This document shows positions 19,671 through 27,377 of a stretch of 64,000 nt of DNA, piece by piece. The stretch spans positions 1,017-65,016 of the forward strand of contig JBBTEI010000028.1 in assembly GCA_038042405.1 (NCBI GenBank), read 5' to 3'. This stretch comes from Pseudomonadota bacterium (GTDB lineage: Bacteria > Pseudomonadota > Alphaproteobacteria > Sphingomonadales > Sphingomonadaceae). A model generated the notes under the pieces. The model saw only the letters and a program-made list of their open reading frames with translations, made no database searches and was not told the origin of the DNA. The position numbers and the translations under genes are program-made. How positions within the stretch are numbered: position 1 is the stretch's first letter; every line of letters begins with the position of its first letter.

Positions 19671-19951
19671 AATCGTTCGTTACGTGCGTTGAAATGCCCC
19701 ATATCTGTTGTTCCGCTGCCGTTGTCGTAGAGATAAAGCGTGACTGGGCAGTTTTTTTGGTTCGCCCACTTGATGGCTTCGCTTACCGACACGCCTTCCT
19801 TCTGGTCGTAGTCGATGACTTCCATCACGTCGTAATCGGGTGCTTGGTCTGCATCAGCACAACTATTGTCATGCTCTACGGCTTCGATAACCGCGTTTAC
19901 AAGCTTCCAGCGATAAACCCGCTTACGATGGTCGATTATGTTCCAGATCAT
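19667..19951 (-). CDS. Hypothetical 94-aa acidic protein
   Basis: Intact ORF with protein-like composition in an AT-richer islet; no family recognised. Confidence 0.6.
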   Translation of the reverse strand: MIWNIIDHRKRVYRWKLVNAVIEAVEHDNSCADADQAPDYDVMEVIDYDQKEGVSVSEAIKWANQKNCPVTLYLYDNGSGTTDMGHFNARNERF

Positions 19952-20010
19952 CCGAGTTATTTATGCGAGAGGGCGCTAACTGCCAATACGTGCGCCGAGA
20001 TTAAGACGTG

Positions 20011-20245
20011 TTATTCCAAGAGCGCTGTCAAAGAGGTAGCCGCGTAGCGAAGAATATAAGGTTTTTCAGCAGGTTTTCCGGCGGGAAATGTGTCGCCAAA
20101 GAAGGCTACATGACAGTCAAAAAAGCCAATTTCGTTATCAAGCCAGCAATGAATGACAATGCCTAACTCGGTAGTTTAAGTGATCGTCATCTAGGCTATC
20201 GAGACGAACGCGTGTTCCTGAAGGGGTATATCTATTTTGCGGCAC
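20011..20245 (-). pseudogene. Frameshifted small hypothetical gene
   Basis: Frame 1 (GTG 20245) VPQNRYTPSGTRVRLDSLDDDH; frame 2 (open 20175-20011) TTELGIVIHCWLDNEIGFFDCHVAFFGDTFPAGKPAEKPYILRYAATSLTALLE*. Confidence 0.5.
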
Positions 20246-20407
20246 GCTCCGCTGTAACTGGCCTAAAGCACGATGTCTACTTTTAGGGTGCAGCCTAGCC
20301 TGCCATAGCGCTTCGCTCATTGGTGACGGGCAGGGACGTTGCCCGCTTCACACCCTCCTAAACAAATGCTAATCTGTGATCTGTGTAACCGTTTGTAACG
20401 CCTTCAC

Positions 20408-20998
20408 ATGGTAGAAACGCACATGACTCTGAAATTCATCGCCCTCACGCTCCCCATTCTGCTCCTCCCCTCGGCGGGGATAGCTGCGTCGCCTAGTTCA
20501 TGCGCGGGGGTTTTCCGGCTGAGCGACGGGAAGAATTTTGCGCTGTCGTCGTCAAAGGAGGCTGCGGGTAAATCGCTTGATGAACTGACCTGTGGGGCGG
20601 ATCGCGGTGATCCTTCGGCGCAGTTGGCGCTTGGGGTGCGGTATGAAAAGGGTGAAGGCGTGGCCGCCGATCCAGTGCGCGCGGCGCGGCTTTATGCGCA
20701 GGCCGAGCGCACGATAGTGCGGCTGGTTACGCTTAATTCGCCGCCGGTGCGGTCTGGGCAGTTTGGCACCACGCGGATGTCGGGCAACCGGCCGCTGCCG
20801 CCTGCACTGGCCGAGGCGCGCTACCGGCTTGGGCGGCTGTACTGGGATGGGCGCGGGGTGAAGCAGGATCGTGGCTATGGTCGCCGCTTGCTAATCGATT
20901 CCGCGCGGCAGGATTATGAGCCGGCAATTGCGGTGCTTAAGGGCGAAGAGCCTATTGCCACCGACGCGCCTGCTAAGCCTGAGGAGGTGCTGCAGTAG
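20408..20998 (+). CDS. Secreted Sel1-like repeat protein
   Basis: Signal peptide; AQLALGVRYEKGEGV and ARYRLGRLYWDGRGVKQD Sel1 repeats. Confidence 0.8.
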   Translation: MVETHMTLKFIALTLPILLLPSAGIAASPSSCAGVFRLSDGKNFALSSSKEAAGKSLDELTCGADRGDPSAQLALGVRYEKGEGVAADPVRAARLYAQAERTIVRLVTLNSPPVRSGQFGTTRMSGNRPLPPALAEARYRLGRLYWDGRGVKQDRGYGRRLLIDSARQDYEPAIAVLKGEEPIATDAPAKPEEVLQ

Positions 20999-22550
20999 TC
21001 GCCTTCTTTCGGCGGAGCAGCACCATCACGTCATCCTTGTTGATGGCGCCGATCACCCAGCCGAGGCCGAAATAAACGGTGCCGCCAGCGGCTATCATCG
21101 CGCCGAGGCCGATGACCTTGAACAGCTTTGACTGCGCCATAAAGTCACTGAGTAAACCGTTGAGAAACCACAGGCTTGCGCCCATTGCGATGGCTGCGAC
21201 CAATTGCCGCCCTACCCGAAAAGCGACATCGCCGTGCAACGCATAATGGCCGCGCTTGTGGAGTATCGCGTAGAGCGCAATGCAGTTAATCCATGCACTC
21301 ACTGCCGTGCTGAGCGGGAGCGCGGCAAGCCCGATCATCGGCACGAGGGCGAAATTTGACAATACACCTAGAGTCAGTGAGGCAACCCCGATCACCACAG
21401 GCGTTTTCATATCCTTGCGCGCGTAGAAACCCGGCGTTAGCACCTTGATCAGCACATAGGCAGGCAAGCCGGACACGAGGATCGCCAGCACGAGAGCGGT
21501 ATTGGCAACCTCGGCCGCGCCCATCTTGCCGCCTTCAAACAGCACTGAGGCTATCGGGCTGGCAAGTGCTGCCAGCGCGATGGCGGCGGGGAGGGTGAGG
21601 AGCATCCCGAGATCAATCGCTTGGCCCTGAATGCGCCCGGCCTCGGCCTCATCCGGGCCATCAATCGCGCGGCTGACGGCAGGGAGAATCGCGGTGCCAA
21701 GCGCTGAACCGATGATTGCGAGCGGAAGCTGATTAAGCCGATCCGCCTGACCAAGATAGACGAGCGCGCCGGGGATTTGCGTCGCGAAAAAGGCATAGAA
21801 CACTTGGCTGAGATAATAAATACCGCCTGCCAGCGTCGCGGGGAGGATGAGGACGACAAGTTCTTTGACCGCTGGCGTCATTTTGGGCGCGCGCAGCCGG
21901 AGTTTTATGCCCGCCTTCGCCATGCTCAACCACAGTAGCCCAAATTGCGCTATCCCGCCGATAATGACGGCAATCGCCATCGCGCGTGCGGTAACCATCC
22001 CGCCCTCGCGGTTGAGCAGCAATGCCCCAACCAGAAAGAGGTTGAGGAGCGCAGGCGCAAAGGCGGCGGCGGCAAAGCGGTTAAGCGAATTGACCACGCC
22101 CGAAGCCAGTGAAACAAGGCAGATCAGCACCATATAGGGCATGGTGATCCGCGTGAGATCAATTGCATCGCCCATCCGGCTATCACCCACTGCCCATTCA
22201 TCGGGCACAAGCAAGCCAATGAAGAGCGGCATAAAGATCATGAACAGCGCCGTGATCGCCATCAGGACGGGCGCGAAGACAGCGAGCACCTCTTCGGCAA
22301 AAGCCTTGGCATCTTCGATCCCGTTGCCGCCGTTTAGACGCTTTGAGAAGAGTGGCACGAAACCGCTTGAAAATGCACCTTCGCCAAACAAGCGGCGGAA
22401 CAGATTGGGGAGCAGGAAGGCGAGTGCGAACACCTCCGCCGCTGGCCCGGCCCCCATTACCCGTGCCGCCACCATTTCGCGCAAGAAGCCAAGCACGCGG
22501 CTGACCATCGTCAGCGCGCCGATGGTGCCAAAGGCCTTGCCAAGTTTCAT
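20973..22550 (-). CDS. murJ: Lipid II flippase MurJ (MviN)
   Basis: SRVLGFLRE, LPNLFRRLFGEGAFSSGFVP, ADRLNQLPL, FYARKDMKTPV. Confidence 0.95.
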   Translation of the reverse strand: MKLGKAFGTIGALTMVSRVLGFLREMVAARVMGAGPAAEVFALAFLLPNLFRRLFGEGAFSSGFVPLFSKRLNGGNGIEDAKAFAEEVLAVFAPVLMAITALFMIFMPLFIGLLVPDEWAVGDSRMGDAIDLTRITMPYMVLICLVSLASGVVNSLNRFAAAAFAPALLNLFLVGALLLNREGGMVTARAMAIAVIIGGIAQFGLLWLSMAKAGIKLRLRAPKMTPAVKELVVLILPATLAGGIYYLSQVFYAFFATQIPGALVYLGQADRLNQLPLAIIGSALGTAILPAVSRAIDGPDEAEAGRIQGQAIDLGMLLTLPAAIALAALASPIASVLFEGGKMGAAEVANTALVLAILVSGLPAYVLIKVLTPGFYARKDMKTPVVIGVASLTLGVLSNFALVPMIGLAALPLSTAVSAWINCIALYAILHKRGHYALHGDVAFRVGRQLVAAIAMGASLWFLNGLLSDFMAQSKLFKVIGLGAMIAAGGTVYFGLGWVIGAINKDDVMVLLRRKKATTAAPPQA

Positions 22551-22556
22551 TTGGGT

Positions 22557-23057
22557 TTAAGCGTTACCTTCTGCCGTCAGTGGCATTGCTTCGGCTGCTG
22601 CTGCCTCGGCCTGCTGCATATAAAGCGCACCGAAATCAATTGGTTCAAGCATCAGTGGCTGGAAACCGCCATCGCGCACGGCATCGGCAAGAACGCGGCG
22701 TGCAAACGGGAAGATAATCCGTGGCCCTTCAGCAAGGAGGAACAACTGCATCTGATCCTGCGGAATGTTGCGCAGGCCAAAAAGGCCTGCATAGGAAAGC
22801 TCGACCTGAAACGCGACCTGATCGGCGCTAACAGCCTTCACTTCGATCTTCAGGACAACTTCATGGACATCATCGGCCAACTGGTTCGCACCAATATTGA
22901 ACTGGACATCTATCTGTGGCTGGCCCTGCCACTGGAAAACGGCGGGCGCATTCGGGTTTTCAAACGAGAAATCCTTCACATATTGCGAGATTAACCCTGC
23001 AACCGGGGCTGTATCTTCGCCATTTGGAAGGGGTTCGTTCACACTATCTTCGGCCAT
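22557..23057 (-). CDS. secB: Protein-export chaperone SecB
   Basis: QYVKDFSFENP, IFPFARR, LEPIDFGALY. Confidence 0.95.
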   Translation of the reverse strand: MAEDSVNEPLPNGEDTAPVAGLISQYVKDFSFENPNAPAVFQWQGQPQIDVQFNIGANQLADDVHEVVLKIEVKAVSADQVAFQVELSYAGLFGLRNIPQDQMQLFLLAEGPRIIFPFARRVLADAVRDGGFQPLMLEPIDFGALYMQQAEAAAAEAMPLTAEGNA

Positions 23058-23200
23058 TTTTATCAATCCTGTTGGGAGTGGGGTGCTGGCTGGCGCGAGT
23101 AGCAGCGCGAAATGCGAAGGGCAACGTCATTTCACACACGCAATGATTTGAAGTGTTGGCGAAACATGCCTATATGTCAGTTTCGCTGATCGGAGGAATT

Positions 23201-23845
23201 GTGCTCTCTATTGTCATATTTGCCATGGTCGCTGCGTTTCTTGCCATGCGTCTTTATGCGGTTCTCGGCAAACGTACCGGGCATGAACAACCGTTTAGTC
23301 GCACGACGAATGAATTTGTGCCAACGCTGACGCGCAGTGATGACGTGGTGGAGATCGCCCCGTCGATTGTTGATCAGACTCTTCCCGAGCCTGGCGCAGA
23401 GGTCGGTCTTCGCGCGATCGGTGCCGCCGATCGCAATTTTAATCCTGGGCAATTTATCGACGGCGCGAAATCAGCGTACAGGATGATCCTTGAAGCTTTC
23501 TGGGTGGCTCGCGAAGAAGATTATGCGCCGTTTGTTTCTGACGATGTGAAAGCGGCCTTTGCATCAGCAATTGCCGAGCGCACGGCGCAGGGCCATGTGC
23601 TTGATAACCGCCTTGTGGTTATTGAACGCGCGATCATTAGCGAGGCGACGTTTGAAAATGGTGAAGCAAATATCACCGTGACCTTTGATGCTGACATTGC
23701 GGCTGTCACCCGCGATAGCGCGGGTGTGGTGATTGCCGGTTCGCTTACTGATGCTGTGACCACGCATGATAGCTGGACTTTCACCCGCAACGTCAAATCG
23801 TCAGACCCGAACTGGATTTTGACAGACGCCGATGAGTCGGCCTGA
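23201..23845 (+). CDS. Tim44/TimA family putative adaptor protein
   Basis: LYAVLGKRTG, FIDGAKSAYRMILEAF, DSWTFTRN..SSDPNWIL; GGAGGA RBS before GTG 23201. Confidence 0.85.
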   Translation: MLSIVIFAMVAAFLAMRLYAVLGKRTGHEQPFSRTTNEFVPTLTRSDDVVEIAPSIVDQTLPEPGAEVGLRAIGAADRNFNPGQFIDGAKSAYRMILEAFWVAREEDYAPFVSDDVKAAFASAIAERTAQGHVLDNRLVVIERAIISEATFENGEANITVTFDADIAAVTRDSAGVVIAGSLTDAVTTHDSWTFTRNVKSSDPNWILTDADESA

Positions 23846-23863
23846 CCAACGCGGAGTGGCGCG

Positions 23864-25105
23864 GTGACACGGTTTGTAACCACGATTGTGCTTGGATTGG
23901 CGCTTTCTGCGTGTGGGGGTCGTTTAATCCCGCAATCTGCGAGTACGCCTTCTACAAAAGCGCCTGCGGCTAAAGTAATTGTTCGGGCGACGCCGCTCAC
24001 GCCGCAAGCGGTTACGGTGGGCGCGGGGCCGAATGCGCGTTCGCTCGGTGTTGTGGCGGCACCAAGCGGGATCGAATATGATGCGGCGTCGGCAATGCGC
24101 GCGCTCAAGGCGTTTCGGATTAGTTGCCCTTCAGTGATTAAGCGCACCGACCAATCGGGGCTTACCGCGCCAGCCGATTGGCAGCCCGCATGTGCCGCAG
24201 CCAAAGGCTGGCCCGATGGCGATGCGCCGACATTTTTCTCGCAATATTTTGAGTTGGCGCAGGTTGGCGACGGCAAGGCGTTTGCCACAGGTTATTATGA
24301 ACCTGAAATCGCTGGATCGCGGATGCGCAGCAAAGGCTATGAAGTTCCAGTCTATAAGCGCCCGCCTGAACTGGTGGAGATTGATCTTGGCCAGTTTTCG
24401 GACAGCTTGAAGGGCAAGAAAATTCGTGGTCGTGTCGAGGGAAAGAGCTTCATCCCCTATGCAGATCGCACCGGCATTGAAACAGGTGCCCTTGAGGGAC
24501 GGAGCCTTGAAATCGCGTGGGCGGCGGACGCGATTGATTTCTTCGTGTTGCAAATTCAGGGGTCTGGGCGTCTGCGTCTGCCCGATGGCAGCGTGATGCG
24601 GATCGGCTATGATGGCCAGAATGGCCGCGATTATACCGGCATTGGCAAACTGATGAAGGATCGCGGTTTGCTCGCTCCCGGTCAAAGTTCAATGCAGGGG
24701 ATCGAAAGTTGGCTGCGCGCCAACCCGCAAGAGGGCCAGGCGATCATGCGTGAGAATAAAAGCTGGGTGTTCTTCAAGGAGATCACTGGCGCTGGCCCGC
24801 TTGGTGCGCTAGGCCTGCCGGTGACGGGTAAGGCGAGTGTTGCGACCGATCCGATGTTCCTTCCGCTTGGTGCCCCCGTGTTGCTGTCAATGGACCGCGC
24901 CGATGCAAGCGGTATCTGGGTGGCGCAGGATACCGGCGGCGCAATCAAAGGCAGCAACCGTTTCGATACATTCTGGGGCGCGGGGGATGACGCACGCGCC
25001 ACCGCAGGAGGAATGTCTGCACGCGGCACGGCGTTTGTGTTCCTGCCCAAGGGCGTGATTGCGCGGATCGGGGCAGGGGCCGGAAATGCGCCGTCTCAGC
25101 GCTGA
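23864..25105 (+). CDS. mltA: Membrane-bound lytic murein transglycosylase A
   Basis: Lipobox LSAC, TGYYEP, LQIQGSGR, QDTGGAIKG, DTFWGAG. Confidence 0.9.
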   Translation: MTRFVTTIVLGLALSACGGRLIPQSASTPSTKAPAAKVIVRATPLTPQAVTVGAGPNARSLGVVAAPSGIEYDAASAMRALKAFRISCPSVIKRTDQSGLTAPADWQPACAAAKGWPDGDAPTFFSQYFELAQVGDGKAFATGYYEPEIAGSRMRSKGYEVPVYKRPPELVEIDLGQFSDSLKGKKIRGRVEGKSFIPYADRTGIETGALEGRSLEIAWAADAIDFFVLQIQGSGRLRLPDGSVMRIGYDGQNGRDYTGIGKLMKDRGLLAPGQSSMQGIESWLRANPQEGQAIMRENKSWVFFKEITGAGPLGALGLPVTGKASVATDPMFLPLGAPVLLSMDRADASGIWVAQDTGGAIKGSNRFDTFWGAGDDARATAGGMSARGTAFVFLPKGVIARIGAGAGNAPSQR

Positions 25106-25643
25106 GGAACGCGCGGTCTGGGGACGGGTTGCGGGGACGGTGCGGCCCTCGGCGGGGCGGAAGCCCGATATAGTAACTCGTCACCCTGAACTTGTTTCAG
25201 CATCCATCCCTCAACAAGTGAGGGCGGGACTCGTTGAGGGATGGATGCTGAAACAAGTTCAGCATGACACAGTGAAAAAAACTGCCCCCCGCACCCAAAA
25301 CACGCTTGATGGCAGTTGGGATAAACGCCTTCGTCTTGGCCAAGCCGCACCTGATTTTACGATTGATCTCCACGGTGAAACGCTCAGTTCGGCGCATGCG
25401 CGGCTTAACCGTAGCCTTGCTGCCGCGATTAGAAGTGAAGCGCGGATTATATTGCTGATCACGGGGCGGCCCGCCAAGAATAATCCCCGCTTACCACCAA
25501 CGAGCCGGGGCGTTATCCGGGCAACGGTTGGCGATTGGCTTGCGGCTTCGCCTTATGCGCCTCATATTGCTGCGGTGCGCGGGGCGCACCCACGCCACGG
25601 CGGGGCAGGGGCGCTTTATCTTATCCTAAGGCGCGCGCGATAA
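25086..25643 (+). CDS. Smr/MutS2 domain protein carrying an in-frame palindromic insert
   Basis: IDLHG...GGAGALYLILRR Smr core; residues 32-61 are encoded by a palindromic repeat. Confidence 0.85.
   Translation: MRRLSAEERAVWGRVAGTVRPSAGRKPDIVTRHPELVSASIPQQVRAGLVEGWMLKQVQHDTVKKTAPRTQNTLDGSWDKRLRLGQAAPDFTIDLHGETLSSAHARLNRSLAAAIRSEARIILLITGRPAKNNPRLPPTSRGVIRATVGDWLAASPYAPHIAAVRGAHPRHGGAGALYLILRRAR
25180..25268. repeat. CGTC-type palindromic repeat (36-bp arms, 17-nt loop) in frame in the Smr gene
   Basis: Arms 25180-25215 and 25233-25268 are reverse complements with 2 mismatches. Confidence 0.9.
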
Positions 25644-26739
25644 TATCAGCGTAAATGCGGGTGAGGGTGTGGACATCATCAAGCGCGACCGCCTCATCAA
25701 GCTTGTGCATCGTTGCATTGCAAAGGCCAAATTCAACCACCGGGCACAGCTTTGAGAGGAACCGCGCGTCGGATGTGCCACCAGTGGTTGAGAGTTCGGG
25801 CGTAATTCCGGTGGCCGATGTGATTGCATCGGAAATGAGGCTGCTAAAGCTGCCCGGCGGTGTCAAAAATGCCTCACCCGATATCCGCGCCACGACTTCG
25901 CCGTCTCCCGCTTCGCTGTGAACTATCGCGCTGATCATCGCGACAAGCGCTTCGCCGCTGTGAAGGTCGTTGAAACGGATGCTCAGCCTTGCTTTGGCGG
26001 CCTTGGGGATCACGTTGGTCGCTGGATTGCCAACCTCAATATCAGTGATTTCGATGTTTGATGCCTGAAACCAGTCAGTTCCTTCATCAAGCGCGATACC
26101 ATCAATCCGCGACAATATCCGCACCAGCTTCGGAATCGGATTGTCGGCCATGTGCGGGTAGGCGACGTGCCCCTGTGTTCCGGGTACGGTAATCCAAATA
26201 TTGACTGAACCGCGCCGCCCGATTTTGACCATATCGCCAAGCCGGTTGACCGATGTTGGCTCCCCCACAAGGCAGAGATCGGGGATGAGGTTCCGTACTT
26301 TCATATGGTTGATCAGTGCGACGGTGCCGTGGATCGCCGGGCCTTCTTCGTCGCCGGTGATGATCAGGCTGATCCGACCCTTATGTGCCTTTGGGATCGC
26401 AGCGACGAAGGCAGCGATACTCGCTTTCATATCGACCGCGCCCCGCCCGTAAAGTAGGCCACCCCATATTTCGGGGGCGAACGGGTCGCTTGACCAACCT
26501 TCGCCGGGAGGCACAACATCAAGATGACCGGCGAACGCCAAGTGTAGGCCATCGCTCGATCCGCGCGTCGCGAACAGATTTTCGACCGGGCCGTCGGGTG
26601 CCTCGCCCTCAATCGCGCGGTGAACGTCAAATCCGATTGCAGTGAGTGCGCCCTCAAGCACATCAAATACTTTGCCGGTGGCAGGCGTTACGCTTGGTGC
26701 AGCGATCAGCGCTTTAGTGAGGTCAATTGCATCAATCAT
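25621..26739 (-). CDS. dapE: Succinyl-diaminopimelate desuccinylase
   Basis: AGHLDVV, GRGAVDMK, TGDEE, GEPT, GRRGS, GHVAYPH, GGTSDARF, MHK. Confidence 0.9.
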   Translation of the reverse strand: MIDAIDLTKALIAAPSVTPATGKVFDVLEGALTAIGFDVHRAIEGEAPDGPVENLFATRGSSDGLHLAFAGHLDVVPPGEGWSSDPFAPEIWGGLLYGRGAVDMKASIAAFVAAIPKAHKGRISLIITGDEEGPAIHGTVALINHMKVRNLIPDLCLVGEPTSVNRLGDMVKIGRRGSVNIWITVPGTQGHVAYPHMADNPIPKLVRILSRIDGIALDEGTDWFQASNIEITDIEVGNPATNVIPKAAKARLSIRFNDLHSGEALVAMISAIVHSEAGDGEVVARISGEAFLTPPGSFSSLISDAITSATGITPELSTTGGTSDARFLSKLCPVVEFGLCNATMHKLDEAVALDDVHTLTRIYADIIARALG

Positions 26740-26785
26740 GGCGCAGGCCTAAACTGCGCGGGCCATTTTGCAAAGGGTGGGAATA

Positions 26786-27232
26786 ATGCCCAAACTGAAC
26801 CTCGAAGATATTCCACAAACCAACGCGACGGGCTATCCGCCTGAATATGCGGATAAGGTGCAGGGGCGCTGGTATCGCAAGCTCGGCCCTGCATCGGGTC
26901 TAAGCGATTTCGGTGCGAGTCATGTCACGCTCAAACCCGGCGCATGGTCATCACAGCGCCACTGGCATGAGGGCGAGGATGAAATGGTGATAATGATCGC
27001 GGGCGAGGCGGTGCTGGTCGATGATAGTGGTGAGACGATAATAGGGGCTGGCGATGTTGCGGCGTTTCCCAAAAATGATGGCAACGGCCATGTTCTGATC
27101 AATCGGAGCGATGCTGACTGTGTTTTTGTTGCACTGGGTCGGTTGGGCATAAGCCCTTGTCATTATCCCGACATTGATATGATCAAACCGGTCGGTGCTG
27201 GCTTCAGGCGTAAGACTGGTGGCCACTTCTAA
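26786..27232 (+). CDS. Cupin domain protein
   Basis: PGAWSSQRHWHEGEDE...GNGHVLINRS cupin motifs. Confidence 0.85.
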   Translation: MPKLNLEDIPQTNATGYPPEYADKVQGRWYRKLGPASGLSDFGASHVTLKPGAWSSQRHWHEGEDEMVIMIAGEAVLVDDSGETIIGAGDVAAFPKNDGNGHVLINRSDADCVFVALGRLGISPCHYPDIDMIKPVGAGFRRKTGGHF

Positions 27233-27245
27233 GCGTTTTAACCAT

Positions 27246-27353
27246 GTTGCTGCAATGCAACACTCTGTGACTAATCGCACAAGTTTCAAAGCGTTTGCGG
27301 TAACAATTACGTAACATTCCGCTAAAGGCACAATCGGTTGCGGAATATTCCGC
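27246..27353. promoter_or_regulatory. Cluster of candidate operators upstream of the TonB-dependent receptor
   Basis: GTTGC-N6-GCAAC 27246-61; TGTGA-N6-GCACA 27266-81; GTAAC twice, 11 bp apart (27300, 27311); perfect palindrome GCGGAATATTCCGC 27340-53. Confidence 0.5.
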
Positions 27354-27377
27354 CGGTTTATTGTCAAGGAGCGTCAA

